This document shows positions 1-9,552 of a stretch of DNA of 41,995 nucleotides, in pieces. The stretch covers positions 1 to 41,995 of the forward strand of contig JALAIB010000043.1 of the NCBI GenBank assembly GCA_023645945.1, written 5' to 3'. Origin of the DNA: Diploschistes diacapsis. Lineage: Eukaryota. Every line of letters begins with the position of its first letter. Position 1 is the first letter of the stretch. The position numbers and the translations under genes were made by a program. Below the pieces are notes generated by a model, which saw nothing but the letters and a program-made list of their open reading frames with translations, was not told the origin of the DNA and searched no databases.

Positions 1-1
1 G

Positions 2-21
2 GTCGAGTCGAGTCGAGTCGA
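2..21. repeat. (GTCGA)4 microsatellite
   Basis: gtcgagtcgagtcgagtcga at the window start, followed by a short (GA)n run. Confidence 0.9.
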
Positions 22-774
22 CGCGAGAGAGAGGAACTTTGTTCTGTTGTCCCTTTTTTTTTTCCCTGCGGGTTTTTCTGTGCGAGGTCCTCCTGGGCGC
101 CGCGGTGTGTGATGTGATACGGAACTTGTTACTGTTACGGTGCTGTACTGTGCTGCAACTGTGTTTTGTGCCGTACTACTATTCCGTTGTGATTTCCGCT
201 CATGATCGCGCTTTTTTGTTTATTAGCATCGCTCAAACTATCTCGTTCCCGAGCAACTTGGTGATGGGGCTAATTAGCGTTTTTGGGGTTCTCTACTGGC
301 TCTTGGAAAAAATTTAAAAAAGTAGATAAAAAATCGACCCCGAATGGTCGCAACCTTTGGATTGGGGGTTATTGACTATAGATGCAATCCCCAACCGAAG
401 AAAAAAGGGCAGGAGGGGTTTGGGGTGCAACCCCAATAAGTTCCCCGAGTTCTTTCAGTCCCAACTTGGTGAGGGATCATGGATGGTAGACTCGGATACC
501 TAGCAGTCCCAGTATAGACAAAGCAAGTGTTATTTTATTCATCCGCGTTGTGACCAACAGCATCTTGATTCCCACTTGAACATAATCGAACGCTATGCAA
601 CACACATCCAGAGCCCCAAAAACCAATTCCACTGGAACTGGACAGACACCGGCAAAAGCAATCTGGGGTATCCTCGAAGCCAAAAAAATTCCAGCCCATC
701 TCCGCAGACGCCGACCAGACACAAAAAAGATCGCCCGCCAAGCCATGTCGACCACAGGTATGAACTCCCCCACC

Positions 775-3700
775 TTACACCCGCGCAGCGATGCCCGCGA
801 CTTTCAACTCGTTCCTGCCCTTCGCGACACCGCCAACGACGACATCCCTGCTCTTCCGCTTCTCCCTGAGCCTCGGCTCCTTCTCGCTGATGATCGGCGG
901 GCTCGTCGGCAGCGCCGGGCTCGGCGTGCTGCGCCTCCCGTCCTGCTTCGACGAGCGGTCGGGCGTCGCAGCTGGCGCCGGCGGAGCAGCCTTGGTCTTG
1001 CCATTCTCCCCCGTGCTGGTGGCCTTTGCTTGAGCGTCGATGACGTCCGCGAGACCCACATCCTCGGCTCCCTCACGCAGTACCGACCCACCTACGGCCG
1101 CCTCACCCCCCACCGTCGGCAGCGGCAGCCTTCCCGGCATCCCCACGCCCTTGCCCAGCACCCTCTCCATATCGCTGACCAGCACCTCCATGGGAGCAAT
1201 GTACGCCACGCCGCTCCGGTCCGAATACGCTAGCACGTGCCCGCAAACGGCGCCCGTCGCGTCGTCAAACACCCATGCCCCCGAGTCGCCTCCGCCGCCG
1301 AAAGAGCCCCTTACTTGCCAGCTATGGCTCGGCGAGATGCGGCCTGGCATCTTGACGAGGCGCATGGTGGGGAGGATGGTGCCGCGGGCGAAGAGGCCGG
1401 AAGATCGGGTGTGGGAGTGGACGCTCCGTGACGGAAGGTTGGCCGACGGGAGGATCGAGACTGGGCCGAGGGTGGAGTTCGCGGGCCAAGACCCTTTGAT
1501 CGAGCTCGAGGACGGTTCCTGCAGGCAGGGCGGAAGACGCTCGGGGTGGATCTTGATGAGCGCCCAATCGATTTCGTGGATCAGAGAGTCCTCGCCCCGG
1601 GTCCGACGGAGGCCGGAAGAGGCGTGGACGTAGCCGAGCGAGTGGGAAGAGAGGTGCTCGGAGTCGACGTCCTCCGGCGAAGGGAAGAAGCCGTCGTGCA
1701 CGTCGTCCAGGGCAGGTTGCGTGACTTGCAAACTGGACCCTCGGCCAGGAAGGATGCCGTCCGTGTCGCCCATCTCTATTTCGTCGTCGTCGTCCGAGTC
1801 AAGTGCAGTAGCGTCGAAGTCTGGAGAGAGCCAAAAGTCATTCTCCGGGTCGTCTTCGTTGGTGGCCGAGTCAAGCTCGAAGTCGTCGTCTGGAATGTCG
1901 AACGGGTAAAGGGCTCGAGTCGGTGGACTACCGGTAGCCACATCTTCGCTTGATATGGTCGAGCAAGGATAGCCGATGGACGAGGTGTCCTCCGTCTCTG
2001 GAGGTTCCGACACTTCAAACGGGTGGAGCCCACCGAATCTATCATCGAGGTCCGTCATCATATCGGAAGAAACCTTGGTGGAGTCGCGAGAGGCCATTGA
2101 GCGTTGGAGGTCGATCCTGTCTTCGAGTCCAGCTTCGATGCCCTCCCCGTCCTCCAGCATGTGGTGCACGCTCATACCAAAGGGCTCGCCGTCGACGAGG
2201 ACAGCCCCTCCGAACGTGACAGGCGGAAGGTGTGAGCCATTAAGGTAGGCCCCAATGGACGCCCCGCAGATTGGCTGCTCCTGATAAGAGGGGTTCAGGT
2301 CCTCTACCGACGGATCCAGCTCGTACATCCCATCGGCGGTCGCCTTAACCTTCTTTCCGCCCTTGCGCTTCTTCTTTCCTGCCTTGGACCGAACAATCTT
2401 CCCGGAAACGACCTTGATTTCGAAAAGCCGAAGCTCCTTGTTCAGGTGGCGAAGGATCCTCTGGCACTTTGAGGTACTCGTGCACTCCATATAAACGGTA
2501 GGCCGGGCAGTGTCCGGATCCTTCCCAGCCATGAACAGATCAATCGTGTACGATTCCATGCGGCTCAGAGCCTTACGAAGCATTCGCTCGAGCTTAGGAA
2601 ACATTGTTGTCGTCCAGTAGGTCAGATACAACGTGGGTATTTCATGGGACCAGACTCGAATCTTTGGCTGTTCTTTGGGAGCTTTGCGTACTATTTCGGT
2701 GCTGGCCAGTTGTGGGGCCACAGTTGCCGTACTTGAGCGATTGACTTTCACGTCTGCGGATGCTTCTTCGGGGGACACCACTCCGGGCCCGGCTGCACCT
2801 CGGTCTGCAGCCTCGGTGCCTGCGGGTTGTTCAGAGGTGTTCGACGGCATGCAAGGTTCACTGTCCCTATCCATCCGACAGATTCTCTCGAGAGGGCCGA
2901 CCACGAGTTCGCGGAACCTAGCGAGCTGTGCTTGCCCATCCAACGTTGGATTGTGCTCGCCGTACTGACGAATCACATCGGCTGCGGTTATACACGCAAG
3001 CACGGCGTTCATGTAGCCTTCCCCACATTTGGGAGAAAGTTTTCTCAGATAGATGTCTTGCAGCCTCGTCTTCAGGTCCCAGAGAGTGTATCTAGACTTC
3101 CAGAATTTGCCAATGGGCATCCACAGACCAATTTCCAGAAGGACCAGGCCGAGGCTGTAGTAGTCGTGTGCTAGCTCATGAGATGCCGCATGTTCGCCAC
3201 CGAGCGCTGGGTGATGGTAGAGGCCGGTGAATGGCACATCGTTACTGTGGCCGGGACCGACGCTGGCGCGCTGGTGAAAGCCAGTCAGGTAGGGTTTCCT
3301 GATGATCGATGTCTTCCATATACGTGGTTGAGTGGCCAAGGCCTGATGATGGAGAAAGAATAGCAAGTTGTTGCTGTTGATGTTCCGGTGAGCAACGTTG
3401 GTCTCGTGCAGGCGTAGGATGCTCAGGACCACGTTATGTGCGAGCTTGAACCTGTTCTCCAGGCTTGGGATGTTGTTGTTGTCTGCGTCACCTCCATGTT
3501 GTAGGAAAGAAAGCAGGCTTCTTGGTTGGAGGTTCTCCACGGCGGGGTCCGCGCCCCCTTCAGAAGGCGGGATTTCGTATATGAAGGCAGAACGAGACCG
3601 TGACGGATCCGAAGTCCAGCCAGTAAGCTTTAGAATGCCGGTGTAGGTGCTATCTCTCGGGCCGGGAAATTTCAGTAAAGCGAGCAGGAGCTCTTCGAAC

Positions 3701-4524
3701 CTGGCTCTATCTGGCTGTGCCGTTCCTTGAGCTGCTCCGGCGGGTAGCTGTCCATAGTCCAGCAGAACCGGGGTTTGTTTTGGCCGAGCAGACGTTCTGA
3801 AAGGGTCCGAGTGTGACGAAGGGGGAGTGAATAAGGCTACGGTTCTGTTCTCTGTTCCAGTCGCAACGGACTCATAGGATGGAGGCGATGCACTGAGTCT
3901 GTTATGTGCAGAACGTTGGCGGATCAAAGTTGGGTGGATATAAGCCAAATCCGTGAGGCCGTCTCTTCGAGAAGGCAGGGCAGGGCTCTTGATCTGCTCT
4001 GATGGGACCACATGCTGGGCTTGACGGCTCGAAGCAGGCGGGTTCCGTTGAGTAGACTGGGCCTGAAAGTTCTTGGGGCTGGGGGCAGTAACTTCTGGGC
4101 CTTCGACCTTGGACCGGGACAGATCGCAGAGAGTGTCGATGGAGGTGGTCAGGTCCTTCAGTATCTCTTCGAGGCGCCGTATGTTAGCGGTGGTCCAATC
4201 TTCCGAAACGTGCGCCGTAGGTCCCGGGGGTTGTAGGCTCTCGGCTTCGTCCAGAAGCTCCCTTATCGAGCACATGATGCTCGCAACTAGGTCGCTGATG
4301 CCGGCTTTGACGAGGGACTGATCAATATCGCCCGTTTGGGCCGAACGATCGCTCCATTGAATTCCCCATGCAATCAGTCGGTCCTTCTGTATCCTCAGCT
4401 TCAGATGGAGATGTGATAGTTCGGGTCCGGATTGCCGAGGTTGAACCAGAGCCTCGTAGGACTTTTTGTTGTCCGCAAACAGCTGCGTGAGCCTTCTTGG
4501 AAGAACATTGGTGCTCCGCAACAT
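775..4524 (-). CDS. HeLo (HET-s/LopB prion-inhibition) domain + protein kinase-like (pseudokinase) domain + trypsin-like serine protease (Ssy5/peptidase S64-like) fusion protein, about 1249 aa
   Basis: Uninterrupted 1249-codon ORF. HeLo-like N-terminus LHLKLRIQKDRLIAWGIQWSD. Kinase-fold motifs AHRNINSNNLLF, YHHP and DYYSLGLVLLEIGLW. Protease triad-like motifs MSVHHML (H), EIDWALI (D) and GGDSGAWV (S). The exact start is uncertain (see findings). Confidence 0.85.
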   Translation of the reverse strand: MLRSTNVLPRRLTQLFADNKKSYEALVQPRQSGPELSHLHLKLRIQKDRLIAWGIQWSDRSAQTGDIDQSLVKAGISDLVASIMCSIRELLDEAESLQPPGPTAHVSEDWTTANIRRLEEILKDLTTSIDTLCDLSRSKVEGPEVTAPSPKNFQAQSTQRNPPASSRQAQHVVPSEQIKSPALPSRRDGLTDLAYIHPTLIRQRSAHNRLSASPPSYESVATGTENRTVALFTPPSSHSDPFRTSARPKQTPVLLDYGQLPAGAAQGTAQPDRARFEELLLALLKFPGPRDSTYTGILKLTGWTSDPSRSRSAFIYEIPPSEGGADPAVENLQPRSLLSFLQHGGDADNNNIPSLENRFKLAHNVVLSILRLHETNVAHRNINSNNLLFFLHHQALATQPRIWKTSIIRKPYLTGFHQRASVGPGHSNDVPFTGLYHHPALGGEHAASHELAHDYYSLGLVLLEIGLWMPIGKFWKSRYTLWDLKTRLQDIYLRKLSPKCGEGYMNAVLACITAADVIRQYGEHNPTLDGQAQLARFRELVVGPLERICRMDRDSEPCMPSNTSEQPAGTEAADRGAAGPGVVSPEEASADVKVNRSSTATVAPQLASTEIVRKAPKEQPKIRVWSHEIPTLYLTYWTTTMFPKLERMLRKALSRMESYTIDLFMAGKDPDTARPTVYMECTSTSKCQRILRHLNKELRLFEIKVVSGKIVRSKAGKKKRKGGKKVKATADGMYELDPSVEDLNPSYQEQPICGASIGAYLNGSHLPPVTFGGAVLVDGEPFGMSVHHMLEDGEGIEAGLEDRIDLQRSMASRDSTKVSSDMMTDLDDRFGGLHPFEVSEPPETEDTSSIGYPCSTISSEDVATGSPPTRALYPFDIPDDDFELDSATNEDDPENDFWLSPDFDATALDSDDDDEIEMGDTDGILPGRGSSLQVTQPALDDVHDGFFPSPEDVDSEHLSSHSLGYVHASSGLRRTRGEDSLIHEIDWALIKIHPERLPPCLQEPSSSSIKGSWPANSTLGPVSILPSANLPSRSVHSHTRSSGLFARGTILPTMRLVKMPGRISPSHSWQVRGSFGGGGDSGAWVFDDATGAVCGHVLAYSDRSGVAYIAPMEVLVSDMERVLGKGVGMPGRLPLPTVGGEAAVGGSVLREGAEDVGLADVIDAQAKATSTGENGKTKAAPPAPAATPDRSSKQDGRRSTPSPALPTSPPIISEKEPRLREKRKSRDVVVGGVAKGRNELKVAGIAARV

Positions 4525-4939
4525 GGTTGCAGCTGACCCTCGAGTTCTGCCAATGTATCATGCAGAAGGGGACGACGAGCACTCATTCACAGTCCCAGCG
4601 ACAAGACACACGAGAGGTTACTGTCGTCTTCAGTCTCCAGAAGTGCTGCAAACATGCTGTTGCCTAAATTGACGAATCAGGGGCCGAGTCCGGAACTACG
4701 GACGAACCATTCGCGCGGGACGGGGTTTCTGGTGCTTGGGGTTATGGTTTGCAAAGGAAAAGGAAAAGGAAAAGAATATCGAAAACAATGCGAAAGCAGA
4801 TGGGAATGGGGGAAATTTCAATAGCAATAGCGATATCGCTGTGGTCTTTGCTTGCACAACAACAACACAATAAATAGGATAATTGTTGCCTGGAGCGGGT
4901 GGCAAACTCCGTGCTAACCGAGTTCTTGGCGCCAAGCCC

Positions 4940-4956
4940 CACACACACACACACAC
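4940..4956. repeat. (CA)n microsatellite
   Basis: cacacacacacacacac followed by a CT-rich tract. Confidence 0.85.
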
Positions 4957-7540
4957 TTTCTCTCTTCATGCTATAAATCAACTTGTTCTTCTTCTTCTTC
5001 ATCTATATTGACTACCTAGTATGCCCATGGAGTGTTGAACTTCTCTAGGCATCCCAACCTTTGAGCCATGTCACGGCCTGCTTTCAGCAACTGCCCAGTT
5101 TCTCTTCATATGCTGCTGAAGTCCATCCCTTGAATACTGCTTGCTGCCTCACGGTTTGAAAGCGCACCACGTGACGCTGCAACACGAACCAGCTCATTAA
5201 TCATTCTGTGTGCCAGTCATGCTGAGAGTACTGGTCTTACGATGAGCGAGCGCAAGGGAGATTGAGTGGATGGTGCTACAGTGCGCCGGGACGGTTTCTG
5301 AGCACAGCTAAACCATTGAACCAAGTTCCACTCAACCGCAATTGAACCATTTCGTAGAGCCGTCCGGACACAAGGAGAATTTCGCATGCCAAACAGCCAA
5401 CATCGTGCCACGACCATCTAAATTGAAGGCAAGGGAATGCCTTGGCCGCTTGTGTTTAAATCATTCGTGCACCGGCTCTGAAACAAGCAAAGGGCAATGT
5501 AAGGAAGCAGATAGCATGTGCTGAACCCTTCGCCCTTCTTTGTACTTGAATTGCACGATGTATCACGTCTGATGCGGGGAAACAGGACATGTGTGTATGC
5601 TGTGGTAACAACATTGAACGGTGTGATGCGACGCCCGCGAACCCGGTACGCAAGCTTGACAAATTCCTGGAATTGCCGGTATCGTCGACGATCCCCAGCA
5701 ATGGTGGTTCGTGGTATCGCGCAAGGCCCAGCAGGGCGCAAACAATAGCGCAGAAACGAGATACCTCAAGCACGGGATCCCTGCTGCAGATCTCCGCATC
5801 GGATATTGCTTGTGCACATAGTGGGCGGCTATATGCATGCAGCTCGAGAAGATATTGATTGCTCGGCCAACTTCGTATCCGTCAGCAGCTACAGACAGGA
5901 CTTTCGCGCCGGGAAGGTCGAGCTTATATTGCGTACATGGTGGCAATTGAAGAGCGTGCAGCCTCCATCTTATAGGGTATAAGCCTTTGCTAATTGGTTG
6001 GCATAATCGAAGCCAAATCGACTGTGGAAGAGAAAGACCCGCACCGCCGCTGGCCACAGTCACAATCTCAAACTCGCGGCGCCCATCCGAAATGCACGTG
6101 CTTGGGCGGTAACAAGTTCTTAGGAGAAAGACTTACACTTCGTGCCTCCAAGGAAACAATCGGCGACCTGTGCTCGGGTCCCGTGGTTGGCTCCGTACAA
6201 TCCCTTGCCGTGGGATCCCAGCTGGACCGCAAGCTTCCCAGAGGCCAGGTTTGAGAGACCTGTCAAAGTAGATCCCATGCAAACCATCACGTCAGCCTGC
6301 GGAAGGGCCCCTTGGCAGATCCATCCAGGGTTGCACAGTGTGTACGGTGTGCGTCGGCCATCAGCCAGACGATACGGTCGGGAGAGACATTGGCACTCTG
6401 TGGTCTAATGAGTTACGTGAACTGCGTCAACGGTCGCTTGCGCTCGGATCTGCAGAAACGTGCAAGTGAGAGGCCGCACATGGCCGAGGTGCAGAGCAAG
6501 CAGCGTATAGGCGACCCTGTGGTTGGAAAGCGGCCGGCTTGCATGGTTTTCTTTCTCGTCGTGGTTCAATCTTTGCATAACGCTAATAGTGGCTTGTCTG
6601 GCAATAGTAGCACGAGCATTAAAGGGGAGAGGTTTTGGGGATCGTAGGACGTCCGAGATTTCGAGGATGAAAATGTATCTGTCCTGTATTGTGAGGTGGG
6701 CGCGAGTCATGTAAGTGGTGCAGAGCCTGGTGGTCGTGCCTGCAGGAGACGTTGTTTGCTAGGCGGTTCGTAGATTGCCAGGCAAGATAAATACAGCCTC
6801 TCAACCTGAATCTCTTCCACGGCCATTTCCAGGCACTCGGGTTCCAAGTCGGCCTTTACCATGACCGAACGAATCCGACAAAGAAGGCGAACGAGATAGC
6901 AACAGATAAGTAGAGAGCAACGGGGACCTCGAGAGTATGATATCGTGACTGCACGCTTCACCGCATAATTGGATACAAAAAAAAGTCAGACAAAGAGTCT
7001 GGCTATCGGGCGCGGAATTGGGGCACGGCCGCGCTGTGATAAGTACGATTCTGCCAGTATTGAACTAAACTGATATATTCTTGTAATGAGAAGGCCTTTG
7101 GATGTTGCGTACTGAGGATGCAGGCACCGTAGACTGACAAAGAATTCCCCAATTCCGACATTCAATCTCGGGAACTGTCTGGCCCGCCTCATCCAGACAT
7201 TGTGGTTGCAATTGATTCAGTAGGGCCGAGGACATCTGAAAAAGGCAATACCATACGACTTTTATCCTGCCGCATGTACTTCCGTATGCAGCAACAAGTT
7301 ATTCGGGTAGGAGACTAGAGAATTACAACTTAATAGAATAATGAAAACTCGTAAGGTGGGCGGTTCCGCGCGAGGCTTCCAGTATCCTCGGAGCAATTGA
7401 ATTTTCAAAATAGCCCAACTCGCTTTTTTTTATGCACCAAGCAGGCCTCGTAAAAGATTTGGCTGCATTTATCGTCGTCGACATGAGTGGCGTGGTTCTT
7501 GCCAGCCAGCAGAAGTCTTGTGACTTCGGCAAAGTGGACT

Positions 7541-7560
7541 CGATTCGATTCGATTCGATT
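7541..7560. repeat. (CGATT)4 microsatellite
   Basis: cgattcgattcgattcgatt. Confidence 0.9.
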
Positions 7561-8590
7561 ACCCGTGCTGAGTAAAGTAAGCTGAATATGATTCAGGTTG
7601 ACAGAATTTTTCCAGACCTGAGATTGAAGACGCGTCCCATAATTAACATCTGAACAATGTGTGCACGTAGGCCGGCGCTGATTGGGGAGAAGTCAAGTAG
7701 AGGTCCCCTGTACAAGTCTGGTGTATGTTAGCAGCCCACGGCGAAGGCGACACACGGCTGTAAATTCTGCCTTTCCTTTCGCCATGAGTGCAGCACGGAC
7801 TGGGCTGAAAGGCTTGATGTTGTACGAGGTGCAGAAAGCGGTAAGTTCGAGTCTGTTCCGTCTGCCGTTGTTGAGGATATCCAAGAGATCAACAGTTGCA
7901 CAAGATCTTGCAACTCGTGTTTCAAGCCTCACCCGGGTCGAATCGCACTGTGTGAGGAGGTGTGAGGAGGGCGAAAAAGAGAGAGGGAGAGACAACAACA
8001 TGTTCACGGTCTCTGCTCCGACAAGAAGGGTCTAATCTCATTGGCCGAAAGGCACTGGGGGTTGAAGCCGGACCAGCCTCCAGTCTCCAGCCTCCAGGGA
8101 CCGGCGATAGATAATCCCAGCCATCGAGTTGTCCTGCTTGCACTGGGGCTATTATTGGCGCTTTGGACCCAGCGTTGCAGTGGCATGCAAGATCGATCCC
8201 ACAAGCGACGGGGAGATGGCGATCATCCGTAGAGAGAGATCCGGCTAGATCAGAAAGGGTCAACAAACCTTTCAATAACAAAACTAAAGAGTACGTGCAG
8301 TTTGACTAGTACATGTAGAGCAATATCGAACCGCACGAGTACTAGCAGTAGCTCGGTTTGGTCTCTGGTGATGGCGGTATCTGAGATTCATCAATACCTG
8401 TAGGCTGTATGTAGCGTGTCGAAAAGTAACTTGAAGGGATGCGGGGATGTGGAGTTCAAGAGATAGTCTTTGACTAGCAGCAGCCTGGCACTTAGTACGA
8501 TGCGGTGACAAAGCGGCTGTCTTACGGGCCTGCCAGATTGACAGCGCAGGGAAAGTAGAAGACATGTCAGCCTTCTTACCGTGTCTTTAC

Positions 8591-8850
8591 TGATGATTCC
8601 AAATCACTATGATGTTCATCATAATCATAATCAGAATCATCAGAATCATCATGATCATCATGATCATCATGATCATCATATTCATATTCATATTCATTCA
8701 TGTTCATATCCATATTCATAACTATATTCATAATTATATTCATAAAATATATTCATAAATAATCATGTTCATAATCATATTCATCATCATATTCATAATC
8801 ATATTCATAAATAATCGCAATAATAAAAATAATGACAATAATAATACAAA
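8591..8850. repeat. AT-rich compound tandem repeat (ATC/ATCATG/CATATT/ATTCATAATC-type units)
   Basis: Directly visible degenerate repeats such as atcatcatgatcatcatgatc and catattcatattcatattc; almost no G. Confidence 0.85.
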
Positions 8851-8937
8851 GAATTATGCATGCATACTACTGCATGGCATAATAAGCGAGCCCACAATGG
8901 TGGCGGCATGGAATAAAAATGACTTGTGACTCGACAG

Positions 8938-8952
8938 GTAGTAGTGGTAGTG

Positions 8953-8995
<43 letters not shown>

Positions 8996-9028
8996 GGAAG
9001 TACTAGTAGTAGCAGCAGTAGTAGTAGT
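8938..9028. repeat. (GTA)n trinucleotide microsatellite
   Basis: 14 perfect GTA units at 8953-8994 with degenerate flanking units. Confidence 0.95.
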
Positions 9029-9172
9029 ATCTATAACTTTATCTTTCTTTTCCACCTTGATTTTTTCATTTCTCATAACCCTTAAAGCATTAGGTAGTAT
9101 ACCACACCCTACACGGACTACTAACTACTACTTTACTTTACTTTCCAATCGCCCGAGCTGCTTTTATTGGAT

Positions 9173-9228
9173 GGATGATGGATAATGGATAATGGATAAT
9201 GGATGATGGACGATGGACGATGGACGAT
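9173..9228. repeat. 7-bp tandem repeat GGAYRAT x8
   Basis: GGATGAT, GGATAAT x3, GGATGAT, GGACGAT x3. Confidence 0.9.
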
Positions 9229-9502
9229 GTATCCAACGCCCCCAAATACTAATATCCCTCTAGTCTGTACCAGAGCCAGCTCCGACTACTACTACTACTA
9301 TTCTGCTTTTTCTATTACCATTACAATTACTATTGTTTACTGTTGCTTACGATCTCCCACTGCAACATCGAACTCATTCATCCCTTCATCCCTTCATTCA
9401 TTCATTCAATCATTTCATTCTTGCTCTTAGCTAACCTGATCATTAGCGACCTTTTGAACCGACTCACCCGAGCTGCCCCACACAGCTTTTTTAGCAATGT
9501 CA

Positions 9503-9552
9503 CTCTCTCTCTCTCTCCCTCTCTCACCTCTCACACACACTCTCTCTCTCTC
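9503..9552. repeat. (CT)n/(CA)n compound microsatellite
   Basis: ctctctctctctctccctctctcacctctcacacacactctctctctctc. Confidence 0.85.

Noticed and set aside
576..4321. Numerous plus-strand ORFs (e.g. 595-1233, 1040-1633, 1546-1953)
   Set aside because: Antisense shadows of the GC-rich minus-strand HeLo gene with no recognisable domains.
8867..9185. ORFs with poly-Ser or poly-Leu tracts resembling a membrane protein
   Set aside because: Artefacts of translating the (GTA)n microsatellite.
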